Positions 41,501-54,245 of a DNA stretch of 64,000 nt are shown piece after piece. The notes beneath the pieces are model-generated. The model was not told the origin of the DNA and ran no database searches. It saw nothing but the letters and a program-made list of their open reading frames with translations. Origin of the DNA: Octopus bimaculoides (Eukaryota); contig NC_068984.1 in the NCBI RefSeq assembly GCF_001194135.2, positions 28,493,861 to 28,557,860 of the forward strand, in the 5' to 3' direction. Numbering within the stretch: the stretch's first letter is position 1; each line of letters begins with the position of its first letter. The position numbers and the translations under genes were made by a program.

Positions 41501-42989
41501 AGCATGCCAGCTAATTGTAGCAGCTTTTTAATTAGTTCAGTTAGTTGTGCTAAAATATTGCTGTTGATTCTAAACAACACTGAAGTGATTATTTTGCTAA
41601 ACAAAAAAAAATCAAGTGTATGATGCACCCATCCCATGAAAATAAATATAAAATCGATGCTAGTATATTCTGAATGAGAAAATCATAAGTATGAACTGAA
41701 TGGCATAGCGCATTGTAGTTGTTTCTTTGTATCATGAAGCTAAGATAAGTTGGAGCAATCAAAGATAGTGCAGCTTTTCTTGAATCACAGCACAATACAG
41801 AAAATGTGTTTAGAGACATGTAAACTTTTAGTTTATGAGTTATAAATTAGCACTTTAGTTTTAATATCTCAACTGTTATGATTTTTAAAAAAGATTTTCC
41901 ATAATTTCCATTTTGTTATCAATATATCTCATTGAAAATATTTAGTTCTTGCATGTCAGGATTGTAAAATCTTCATCAGCTTACCAGAAATAGGAACCAA
42001 TATTTTGACTACAAGTGAATGTTTGTAAATATTGTCACTTTCAGAATTAAAAAAAAAAAACTACTAATTTTTCATAGGTTTTAGTCATCTGGAGCACTCT
42101 ATGGATATCAATTACACAACCTATTGATTTACTATTTAAAACATTAAATAACAAAAACATATTTTAAGCATTTTACACACAAAATAAATATCACTGTTAC
42201 ATAATGTTGATTTATTTATAATACATCCATATTAAAAACTCAATAACTGAAAGGACAACTGAAGAAGGAAACAGATTTCTTGTTGAAAATATTATCTTTT
42301 GATGTAATAAAATTCAATCAATTTTTGTATCAACTGCAATATCAATGAAAACTAAATATTTGTGCATATGTGTGACCATGTATGCACACACACACACACA
42401 CACACATATATGCATATGCACGCACACACACATGTATGCACATACATGCATACATACACATATATACACCTACATACATTCATATAGGTTGCTCTTCTAC
42501 AGAAATCCATTAAAATGTCTATTTAAAAGACCTTGAAAACCAGGTTGATATACTAAATTGGCTTACTATAGCATGGACAAATGATGTAGGTACAAGCTTT
42601 ACACAAGGTGATTCAGCCAATTCCTTCAAAATCATTGTGAGTTCAACAAATTTATTGACTGATGGGGCAGTAAAGTGGAAAGAAGGGAGAGTGAGTATCT
42701 GCTTGAAGAACATTTGATAAATAAAACTGTACTGCTTGGAGTAAGAAATCTCAACAGAAATCCCTCCTTTAGGAAAGTATTCAACTCATGGCTAGAGAAC
42801 TCTACGCACTACCATTGAGAGACTCACAATGACTGGAGCAGTGACTTACAAGTGAGAGTGGAATGATCATCTCTAATGTTATAAATATTTCAAAGAGAAT
42901 ATTCTAAGGATAGGCTTTTTATAATTCGGTTTATGTTAACATTAAATCTATTATCATTTCTGTTACAGAATCTAATGGCTACATGCTAG

Positions 42990-44340
42990 TGTCTGCAACT
43001 GCATAATTCTTTGTGGATGATCTGAAGATTTCTGCTAAAAATATTTACAATGTCTAAAACAGCTTCAATCAATTACATTTTCAGTCAACATTGGAATGGA
43101 ATTTGGCCAAAAGTCTTCCTATTTGATTGCTGAATGTCAATATTCAGTTCCTCAAATCCAAATCCTGTGCTTCAATGATCTATCTCACTTGTTTCACACA
43201 AAGGATATCACAAATATCTAGGCATTGATGAAAATATATCATATGAAGATGTTGTGAACAAAGATAAAGTGACTCAAGAATATTATTCTAGATTTAGAAA
43301 CTCTGGTAGTTGGAACTCTCCTCTTACAAGACAATATCCCACAATGAAATTGCAGTTCCAGTTCTGATATCAACATTTAGAAAAGTTAACTGATCTGTAG
43401 AGGAAATCCACTCTAGAGACATTAAAATTCACAAGGCCCTAACATCAACTAGGAAGTGATGTTGATAGGCTCTATCTAAGAAGAGGTTTGAGATTAGAGT
43501 AGACAGACTTCAAATGATGTATAATATTTGTCATATAGCATCACTAAACAAAAGCAGCAAAAAAAAAAAGTACATAAACTTAATGCTGCAAAGTAAGCAA
43601 CATGCTGTAAGTTGAGGAAGTACTCTCTACCTGATTGCTTCCCATACAACCAAAACACAGCTGGACTAACATATCTTAAAGAAAACCAGGGTAAGAAATA
43701 CTCAGTATCAGATGATATTTATATTGGCATGAAATGCAGCCTTCCTTGAACTTATGACTGCTACATCACACTTCAAAGGCTATGTGTTTGCAATCCAAGT
43801 GCAGAAGATTGATACAAAATGGCTGATGAACAAGAGAGTGGAGCCCTGGAGCCCCATGACAAAACTGAAAATATTAATGATGTTACATCTCTGGAAGATA
43901 TTGCAAATGTAAACAGCAGCTGTCCAAGAATGTCATTAAGGCATTGTCTCCCAATGTGTTATGATATTGTGGCTAAAATGAAACACAATGCCACCCGAAA
44001 AAGACTGCCCTGGGATAAATATAATCTCCCCATTATTGAAAGCATGCATAAACATCAACACAAAGATTATTGATAAAACATTCCCATCAAAACCTTTACC
44101 AAATACAAACATAACAGGTGGAATATATTTGTTTGTGACAGACAAGAAAAAAGTCATAGAGGTCAGCAGCCTTGCTGATGCAAATATTTCCTTGAAAATC
44201 AAAACGAAAGAAGATAACTATGGACAACTGCTAAGAATTCTTCTGCTTCTATACCTGGATTCTAAATACATATTAATAGCAATAATAACTGGTCTACTTG
44301 GTTTTGTTAGAAATGCCTATGTGACAATGTGCAAGACTTT
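42990..44340 (+). mobile_element. Degraded R4/Dong-like (restriction-like endonuclease) LINE remnant
   Basis: Fragments read FVDDLKI, NIGMEFG, KYLGIDE, SDVDRLYLRR and, near the end, VIEVSSLADANISLKIKTKEDNYGQLL...IAIITGLLG; many stops and frameshifts. Confidence 0.6.
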
Positions 44341-44408
44341 TTTTTAAGTTCAAATTGTGATCTTCCTCTATTTCTTCAGTATTCATCCTCTGTACACTTC
44401 ACATGCCT

Positions 44409-44871
44409 ATAATCCTTTCTACTGTAGGCACAAGGCCTGAAACTTTGGGGGAGGGGTTAAGTTGATTACATCAACCCTAATGTTCAGTTGCTACTTATTT
44501 CATCGACCCTAAAAGGATGAAAGGCTAAGTTGAGCTTGGCAGAATTTGAACTACAAGGCGGCGAGCTGGCAGAAACGTTAGCATGCTGGGCGAAATGCTT
44601 AGCGGTATTTCGTCTGCCGCTACGTTCTGAGTTCAAATTCTGCCGAGGTCGACTTTGCCTTTCATCCTTTCGGGGTCGATAAATTAAATACCAGTTACGC
44701 ACTGGGGTCGATGTAATCGACTTAATCCCTTTGTCTGTCCTTGTTTGTCCCCTCTATGTTTAGCCCCTTGTGGGCAATAAAGAAATAAGAATATGAACTC
44801 ATAACGTAAGGATGGATGAAATGCTAAGCATTTTGCTCGGCATGTTAACAATTCTGCCAGCTCGCTGCCTT
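44409..44871 (-). mobile_element. Older SINE split by an inverted younger SINE of the same superfamily
   Basis: Head at 44788-44871 and body plus tail at 44409-44552; duplicated target agaatttgaact (44541-44552) / agaatatgaact (44788-44799). Confidence 0.8.
44556..44787 (+). mobile_element. Young full-length Nin-domain-like SINE
   Basis: aggcggcgagctggcagaaacgttagc...gagttcaaattctgccgaggtcgactttgcctttcatcctttcggggtcgataaa...gggcaataaagaaata. Confidence 0.9.
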
Positions 44872-44896
44872 AAAATATTGCTTTTCTCTTGCACTC

Positions 44897-45788
44897 TTGC
44901 TGAGGACATACGTAAGCTCGCAAGGAATGAAGCCAGTATGCTCCGTTGGATGTGTAATGTCAATGTGAATACCCGTCAGAGTGTAAGTATCTTGAGAGAA
45001 AAGCTGAACATTAGAAGCATCAGTTGTGGCGTGCAAGAGAGACGATTGCGCTGGTATGGACATGTGGTGAGAATGGAGGAGGATAGCTGCGTGAAAAAGT
45101 GCCACACCCTAACAGTTGAGGGAACCCGTGGAAGAGGTAGGCCCAGGAAGACCTGGGCTGAGGTGGTGAGGCAAGACCTTCGTACATTGGGCCTCACCGA
45201 GGCGATGACTACGGNNNNNNNNNNNNNNNNNNNNNNNNNNNNNNNNNNNNNNNNNNNNNNNNNNNNNNNNNNNNNNNNNNNNNNNNNNNNNNNNNNNNNN
45301 NNNNNNNNNNNNNNNNNNNNNNNNNNNNNNNNNNNNNNNNNNNNNNNNNNNNNNNNNNNNNNNNNNNNNNNNNNNNNNNNNNNNNNNNNNNNNNNNNNNN
45401 NNNNNNNNNNNNNNNNNNNNNNNNNNNNNNNNNNNNNNNNNNNNNNNNNNNNNNNNNNNNNNNNNNNNNNNNNNNNNNNNNNNNNNNNNNCTGTAGGATT
45501 TTCGAGCGAGATCGTTGCCAGTGCCCCTGGACTGGCTTGTGCGGGTGGCACATAAAAGACACCATTTCGAGCGTGGCCGTTTTCGTGCGGGTGACACGTA
45601 AAAGCACCCACTACACTCTCTGAGTGGTTGGCGTTAGGAAGGGCATCCAGCTGTAGAAACTCTGCCAAATCAGACTGGAGCCTGGTGTTGCCATCCGGTT
45701 TCACCAGTCCTCAGTCAAATCGTCCAACCCATGCTAGCATGGAAAGCGGACGTTAAACGATGATGATGATGATGATGATGATGATGAT
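44897..45788 (+). mobile_element. 5'-truncated RTE-clade LINE (copy 3): ORF C-terminus, gap, 3' UTR and (GAT)n tail
   Basis: Translation AEDIRKLARNEASMLRWMCNV...VQERRLRWYGHVVRMEEDSCVKKC...RGRGRPRKTWAEVVRQDL; N-gap at 45215-45490; about 10 GAT units in the tail. Confidence 0.92.
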
Positions 45789-46757
45789 CAGTTTTTCTAC
45801 TAATTCATTTGTACTCCTTCATTGATGTACACTAGCATTACACATCCAGTGATGTAGTCTCTCTTCATTCTTTTCTAATCTTTGCAAATATTCTGCATTT
45901 AAGGCTCACGTCTTACTACTATGCAGAATGACACAATCACATCACATACATCATTCAATCTGCCTTTCCAAATAAGTCATTTGGCCATTGCGAAGATCTA
46001 TGATATAGTAAATTTAATAAATGTATAATTTTACTCTACTTTTAATTTTGAATCTCTCCAACCATAAATGTTGTAATTATTCTTAAAATTTTTATAAAAT
46101 ACGAACCCAGACATTAATGTGCATGTGCAGATATTTAACAGTAGAAATATCAGTTAATAATCCTTTCTACTATAGGTGCAAGGCCTGAAATTTGGTGGGA
46201 AGAGATAGGTCAATTACATCGACCCCAGTGTGTAACAACTGGTGCTTAATTTATCGACCCCAAATGGATGAAAAGCAAAGTCGACCTCAGTCAAATTTGA
46301 ACTCCAAACATAGCGGCAGATGAAATACTAAGCATTTCGCTCAGTGTGTTAACGAAATATCAATTAACAATAGCTTCTATTGCACAAGAAAATAGATGCT
46401 TTTAAACATCCTATAAATACGTAGAGAATATGTTAAGGTTATTAAGTACTTGGTGTAATATGTATACAAATATTGATAAATATTCTTACAAATAAAGAAT
46501 GTAATCTGGAAAGCGATAACTTTTTATTTGGCTATTTACGTAAAATGTATTATTTTATGAAATCAAAATTGCACTAAACGTTTATCAGGCAAATATTACA
46601 ACTGGTTTCAGAAATAAAGTATATGAAAAGAATTCAATTTACTTATAGCTTTCTGAATGTTGGGCCAAAATAATTATTGATTCATGTGGTGTGAACAAAT
46701 ACAAGGCTGGGGGGGGGGGGATAAGCAAAAGGAAAATAAAGGAATGTCACAAAGATT

Positions 46758-47630
46758 GTCATCATCATTTAACATCTCTTTTCCATGCTGGCATGGGTTG
46801 AACAGTTAAACCGGAGTTTACAAGGCCAGAAGCCACATCAGATTCCATAGTCTGTTTTGGTATGATTTCTACAACTAAATACCCTTCCTAATTCCAACCA
46901 CTTTACAAAGTGCACTGGGTGCCTTTCATGTGGCACCATCACAAGTGCTTTTTATCATGGCATCGTCACCAGTACATTTTACATGACCCCAACACGAGTG
47001 CTTTTCACACAACACCAGCACTGACAGGGTCATGAAGTACCTTAGACGACTAAAACCCCTCAACTGGGAGGGGAGGTTGTACTGACTGATGGGGAAAGCA
47101 ATTTGAGAGATTTAAGGTGTAGAGGAGACAGAAATATGTGTCTTACTGTGGAATAGACACATGGATACTTCAGCTGGAAAACAAAAGAGGGTTGGAGAAT
47201 AAGATAAAAGGAGTGAGAGAAATGATAGAGATGTGTTGGAACATGCCCACAAGGGACATTGGAGGTAGTGAGAATAGGTGAGGTGATACAGAGGCTTGAG
47301 CTAGGTGAGTGGGCAGGATGAGGTGACTGTAGTAAATGATGGAGAGAAACATAGGAGAGGATTGGAGGTGAGAGTTATGACAGATATGTGAGGGTACTGA
47401 GGGTGATAGCAGGCAAGTAAGCAGTTGATGATGAAAAGCAGCACAAAGAAAATGCAGAAAGGAGGTGGGGGAAGAAGGTAACTGGGAGGAAGGAGTAAAG
47501 GTAACTGAGAAGGCCAGGGGTTGTAGTATTCTGCTCTCAGGTGTTAGAGGAAGTGGTGGGTGTTAGGAGATGAAATGTGGGTGGGAGGGAGAGAACGTTG
47601 ACAGGACATTACCAAGGTAGTTTTAGGATA
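46758..47630 (-). mobile_element. Old composite retroposon (RTE-type tail, module array, body)
   Basis: Shares acagtaagacacatatttctgt and gagggt...gaccctgtcagtgctggtg segments with 10790-10925. Confidence 0.6.
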
Positions 47631-47644
47631 TCCTTTGTAAGGCT

Positions 47645-47930
47645 CAGTGTTTTGAGATTGGCCATCAATACTTCATCCCATGTCTTTCTGGGTCTCCCTC
47701 TTCCACAACTTCTAGCCACTTAAGTCATTGGCACTTCTTTATGCAACTGTCTTCATCCATACAAATCACATGACCAAACCAACACAGTCTCTCTCTTGCA
47801 TACTGCATCTAATTCTTCTTATGCCTAACTTTTTTCGCAATCCATCAGTGTTCTGTCATACACATACACTGATTTTGTACATCATGCAGAGCATACCAGC
47901 TTCATTCCTTTCTAGTGCAACCATCTTCAA
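47645..47930 (-). mobile_element. Older RTE ORF C-terminal fragment
   Basis: Reverse complement reads RNEAGML...LRKKLGIRRIRCSMQER..., homologous to copy 3 but decayed. Confidence 0.7.
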
Positions 47931-50509
47931 TGATATACAGAATGAACAATCATATATCAAATCACAATTAATATTATCAAGAAGATTCTAAATATTTGCA
48001 GCTTCACTGTGGTTAAACAAAGAGCACATGTACATGTTATATATATAGGTGCAGGTACAACTGTGTAGTTAAGAACTTGTTTTCCAACCATGTAGTTTAG
48101 GATTCAATCCCACTGCATGGTACCTTGGACACATTTCTCAATGATTCATAGAAATTGACTGCTTTGTTATTCAAAATGAGTATTTCCTCTGCCCTCTATT
48201 GCTTTCCTAGTCAAGTCTATTTGACACCTAGCTTTCTATATTGCCTCTTTATAGTTCCCTGAAAGCACTATAATTTCACTCCTTCATGGCATATTCTCAT
48301 TTCTTTCCTAGTTATCATTGTCCTCAATTTTGAAGGTCCTTGGAATGATTCCATACTACTTCCAGGGCATCCTTTTCAGGGAAAATTATTTATAACTTTA
48401 CTTTCACTTAAATTCACAAAATTGACTAAGGTATTGGTTCTAATGATCATCTCCTACTTTTAAGAGTGTTTACAATTTTTACCATGTTCTAACCATGCTT
48501 ATTTCAGTATATTTATTTCTGTTGTTTATTGTTTCACCTGAAGAGGAACGAGTTATTAATATCAACCTGAAATTACTTAAATCTAGAATTCCAATGTTCT
48601 TAGCAGCTATTAGGTTTTTGCAACTAAGCTATCTGCTTAGACATTTTATGTATGAATATGCGAGGAATAATTCAGTGTAAAAAAAAGTTCGATGTAGTCC
48701 ATACAATTTAGCTGCAAACTTACAATGAAACACATTTCCCCTGGCAACATTAAGGAATTCTGTTGTCAGCAGATTTAATTTGGGATAAGAAACCCACTAA
48801 AATTTATGCTGTTGTTGGCAAAAATTGAGAAACTTTTCCTGGTCAGTCATTCTTTACAAAGCAAATAAAACAGTATGTGTTATAAAGTTGTATTAATATG
48901 TTCAAATGTGTATCTCACTTTCTAACCAAATAGGTAATCTAATTCTGAAGAGCCATACAGCCAGTTGTTCTCTGTTGCCTTCAAGATGTAGGAAAATGTG
49001 TCCTCTAAGGCCATGCATAAACATTACAATATTCCTAATGAAATTAACAGATGGTTTTGAATTCCCAGCAGTTAACAATATTGATTATTATTGTACAAAA
49101 AAATGATGATTGCAATAACAATAAAACAGTTATTAATAATAATAATAATAAAACCAATAACAATAATGACAAAAGGAAATGAAGGAAATAATAAATATAG
49201 CAAGAAGAATGAATGTCTTACATTCTGGTGCCATGGGAAATTCATCACAATTCTAAAAATAATTAGTAACTAAGTCGTGGAGTTCTTTCATTGTTATTAT
49301 CAGCTGATGACTAGACACAATACTCTTTCGAAAAGAAGATAAAAATATGTTTGGACACTGGCATATAAAAGATATAATAGCCTCTGTTTTTTAAATGGTC
49401 TTCGCTCTCTCTAATTCAATATACAACTTGTTTCTTATTGCTAACTCTCTTTGATTCTATCTTTCTATTAGCAGTTCATAGCTTTTTTCTTATTTCTCAA
49501 GCCATCAAACCACTTGCTGGTTTCCAAATTCAGTTGTATTTACAAGATGACTTCTACATTTCATCTCTCTCTGATTCTTAACAAATTTATGCACATTTTT
49601 CTGTATACCAGCACTTATTAGATTTTTCTGAATTTGTAGATAATTTCAGGAGAGATTTAAAGTAAGTGTATTTTTAGCAATGAATATTTTCTCCAATAGC
49701 AAATGCTTGTTCGTAAAATAGAAAGGTTATACATTTCATGTAACTTGATAGAGTAAATTCATTTACTCAATAACGTCTCAGAAAACAATTTTACAATTAT
49801 TTTGGAATACTGAAAATAGAATACAATTTTGTGAAAAAGGTTAATCAGTTAATAACTCTATTATTGAATATTATAAAGTTGTCATCACTTTATTCCTGAA
49901 GAGTAGATACCTCATAATTAGATGTACACTTTGTGATATACTCCTTGAATTATATATCATTTAAAGCAATCATCTTACTTAGGCATATCAGAGAGTTTTA
50001 ATTGACCTTGCTCTCTGGATGTATAAGATAAAGTAAAACATATTGCACATAAAATATATTCAGTAATATAGAGTAGTTGTCTAGATAAGAAAAATGCTTT
50101 TTAGCAATTAACATGAATATGGAGATAAGTAATTATTTGTAACAAGTATGTTGTCAGATAGAATAAAATTTCAATCCCATTTTATAGGCACAATAATTCT
50201 TATATATTTTTCTAACATATTCGTGCGCCAATTGATTAGACTTAGAGAAATATAAGCCAAATCTCCTTTACATCAAAACAGATACATTGGATAATGTAGT
50301 GGGGTGGCATACAATTCCTGAAATGAATATAGAGCCAGTCATGTTTTTGAACATAAAGTCTGTTCAAATTGACTGGTTTGGGGCTAAAGAGCAAAAACAA
50401 CTAATACTTTTAATACTTTCTTAATTCAAAAGAATAGTAGACAATTTTTCTCTTTATAAAAAATAAATTTACAAAATACTTACATGAAGAAAATATATAA
50501 ATGCATTTA

Positions 50510-50690
50510 NNNNNNNNNNNNNNNNNNNNNNNNNNNNNNNNNNNNNNNNNNNNNNNNNNNNNNNNNNNNNNNNNNNNNNNNNNNNNNNNNNNNNNNNNNN
50601 NNNNNNNNNNNNNNNNNNNNNNNNNNNNNNNNNNNNNNNNNNNNNNNNNNNNNNNNNNNNNNNNNNNNNNNNNNNNNNNNNNNNNNNNNN
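50510..50690. other. Assembly gap (181 N) next to an (AT)n tract; the other gaps are 8583-9217, 19916-20250 and 45215-45490
   Basis: N runs read directly. Confidence 1.
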
Positions 50691-51599
50691 ATATATATAT
50701 AATGAATAAAATCATGCAAATATATATACCTTTATATTATCAGTAAGTATATTTATAAGCTATTTCTGTATTTTTACACATTCCATAATAAATCTATATG
50801 TATGAATGTATGTGTATTGAATACTTAATCATATGAACATGACATTGCTTCAGGTATGGCTGAAGGCATTCATAATGAGAAATATTTATAGCAAACATGA
50901 AAGAAAAGTATTCTTATAAAGATAAAATAGAAGAATTGATTTAAGAAATTAATATTTTTCGAAGTTATAAAATGATATAATTTAAAAATAGAATATATCG
51001 AGCAAATATTGATATTCATATTTGAATATCTCTAAAATATGATAGATTTTTTTTTAATAATGCTTTTATATAATCTCTGACCAGAATTTCTATGCAATAT
51101 TTCTTCTGAAAAGTTATTCAAAATATAAAATTTGAAAACTCAACAAGAAATCATAGGATGTGAACCATATCTATCGCTTGTATCATGAATTAATATCGAA
51201 TCCACTATGTGGTCATTTGACCTGGTAGATATAACAGCCAAATCCGTGTCAACTCCCTGTTATCTTAGGAAAAAGCAAGATGCAATGCAATGTTTAAAAG
51301 AAAGACGGCATGGTCAGAACTGGACTTCTGTGAATATAGGTTTACATTATCAGAGTTAACTTGGGACTAAGTAGCAATAACAGCTATGTGAAACACATCA
51401 ACATACAAGAGAAGAGCAAAAACTTTAAACACTTATACATCAATATATTGAAACTTTTATCTTCAGTGCTGTTGCTCTCCTCACAAATTTACATGTTAAC
51501 TTTCATCTTAATACTTTAGAAATATGTTTATCCAAGCACTATACATAATCATGCACACAAACATATATGTGTATAAGTGTGCATGAATGTAGGCATCAA

Positions 51600-52252
51600 T
51601 GAGCAGGTAATATTACTTTATATCCGCTTTACTGAGAGACACTATGATACACTATGTTACATCATGATTGGTGATTCTGATGCATGATTGGTGACCACTG
51701 CGTTGAAAAAACTAACAGCATGGCATTGGACTTTTATCTCAGGATGCAGAGTATGACCGTTATAAACACTTCCACCAGAAGAAGTGACATAAAACTACAT
51801 AGATGTATCTAAGATCCAAGCACTAGCATCCTACTGACTTCAAAATGACTGGACAAGTGGATTTCAAAGATGTGTAACCAGTTTATGAGAACTGAACATT
51901 GGAAAGAACATTATATAATACTTACAAAGGTTAGATTGCATGTGTGCCCTTTCAAACACCCAAAAGTCTAAATAGCAAATGGCTTAATTGCAACAAGATT
52001 CACAGTTCTGCCAAATATAAGGACTTTGCCACTCCCTCTTCACTTCAGAGGTTGGTATGAATGACAAATACTTTTTCTTAAGTTAATGATGTTGTCACTG
52101 AAATGATCATACTCAAGATTCAAAAATGTGAACTCCAGCTCAATTAGCAGGCTCATGGACAAAATGTACAAGATTTACAACTAACTCTTTACAATTCCCA
52201 TCACTCACTAAATAGATAAATTCAAGATGAGGCTTAAAGCACCATGCTTATC

Positions 52253-52286
<34 letters not shown>

Positions 52287-53560
52287 GAAATGCTGAATTG
52301 CAAAAGTTCAAGAAATCCAAACATATGGAATGAGTCTAGTATGGACAATATCAAATTATAACAACAACCCTCTCTAGTGACAGAAATTGTCCCATGGCAT
52401 CAGTTAAGTAATCGGGCAATACATCACTGATAGACCAGTCAAGAATATGGAGCACTGGGAAGAAGATTTCAACCAGTTCCTAAACCAGTGAATCTATCAA
52501 ACATGGAGGAATTTTCTGAAATGTTCAATCCACCAGCTTGACAAACTATCAAATTTCACTGAATTTAGTATCGCCATCAAAATGTTTAAACATTGAGAAT
52601 TTTCTCAACAGACAGTGGATGGAAATTTGAAATCATGTAATAATGAAGCAAAACACGTTAACCATATACTTGCAAATAATTGTAAAATATACCTAAATAG
52701 TTCAAATATATGGATGACTATACTGAGAATATTTGATATAAAGGGGAGCATAGCAAATGAAAGTAGAACATTGCTATCATAAAATAATCAGACTTCAGAA
52801 GTACACGAAAAACTATTAATTGATATTAACGCTGATGAGTATTACTATACTGATTTCACTTATTTAGGATTTATAGCTTGCAATTTTGAAGTTTTGAGAT
52901 TTGTGGCTTTTACATTGGATGTTTTTGAACTTCATGCATCTCTATCAGTGATTATATGTATTATGTTCTGAATGGACCAAATCCATTAAAATTTTAAATG
53001 CATATTAATTTCTAGGAATTAAAACTACAAATTTCATACTTTAAAACATTAAATACCTTAATCTACAAGGAAAAGGAAGTCACATTTGGCTGGAGTAATT
53101 ATCACTGTTATCATCAACATGGGGTTAATTCATATAACCTTGGTTTTTCATTCATCACTATCTTCCATAGCAAGGGACAGTTTCTCTTAGTGACATCCAC
53201 ATAACGATCAACAAATTAAGACCATTTTGAAGTGTAGAGTTCAGCAAAGTGAATCCTTCTTTCTCAAATGGTGTTTAATACTTTAGGAAGCTTCGAACAA
53301 ATCACTGCACAGAAGTTTCTTATTAGATTCTCTAAGAGCTTAGCTCTAATATCAGACATGCTTGCAGGAGCCATTGCTCTACTTCCCAACCTGGAAGATG
53401 CCCTGAAGGTATTAGTCCCTATGTTGATGCTAAAAAAATGGAATTCCTCAGATACAATTTGGAAGGCATGACCACCTCCTGGGCTGAAGCTCAATAAAAC
53501 CAGCTAATTCTTTTGTGTACCCTGGAAACAATATGGTATCTGCAGTACTTAAAAGTCTCA
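51600..53560 (+). mobile_element. Heavily decayed LINE ORF2 remnants (probably RTE/CR1-like)
   Basis: Weak motif echoes only: WEEDFNQFLN near 52450; RVQQSE..MVFN, DMLAGAIALL..LEDAL and GLKLNKT near 53230-53510. Confidence 0.4.
52254..52283. repeat. Poly(A) run (30 nt)
   Basis: Read directly from the sequence. Confidence 0.9.
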
Positions 53561-54245
53561 ACATTATATGGTAATATGGAAGAAATTTAGCCCATGAAAT
53601 TGGTGATAAGAATTTTATTAAACAAATTTATTGCTAAAAATTAAGTTTTTCTGTAGTTTCACACATCACCTATATTATATTAATTTGCAAAGGCACTTTT
53701 ACACTCTTCTAAGATATCTATAAGGTTAGACTATGATGCTATTCTTATTGCTGGTTGGAACCACTTCAATGTGCCAAGAAATGATATTTTTGTCAGAACA
53801 TTCCATTTCTCTTTCCAATAGATACATGACTTTATTTCTATGTTGAAAGAAAGAAACAATTTCTTTCCTTAGTTCTGATGGATCCATTAACAACATGTAG
53901 CTAGCTCTTATTTCATTGTGTGAAAAAGATGAGGGATAAATTTTATCTTGGAGAGAATGACATGTATCTCAAGAAATATTTCCACTTGATCTGGTAACTG
54001 TTATGTACAGATAACTCAGATAAATAAGATAAAGTGTCTTGCTCAGAAATACACAACACCTATAATCAATTTGATCCTGCTCACTAAGATTAGATAATTT
54101 AATGCCTTGTGTACTAATATCTTTTTTTTATTTCTGTGTGAGAAATTAGTATTTAATTTAGCATGAAATGAGATAACTAATGGAAACCTTACACGTACAA
54201 TGGATTTGAGTAACCATTCTACTGAAGTTAGACTATATTTCACTA

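Noticed and set aside
49222-49252. 31-nt minus-strand segment with branch-like ctaat, acceptor and GTAAGA donor, ending in phase 1
   Set aside because: The peptide NCDEFPMAPE does not resemble the end of an Ig domain; consistent with chance.
51663-51694. Two catgattggtga copies 20 bp apart (CCAAT-like)
   Set aside because: No other promoter evidence, and it lies in decayed repeat sequence.
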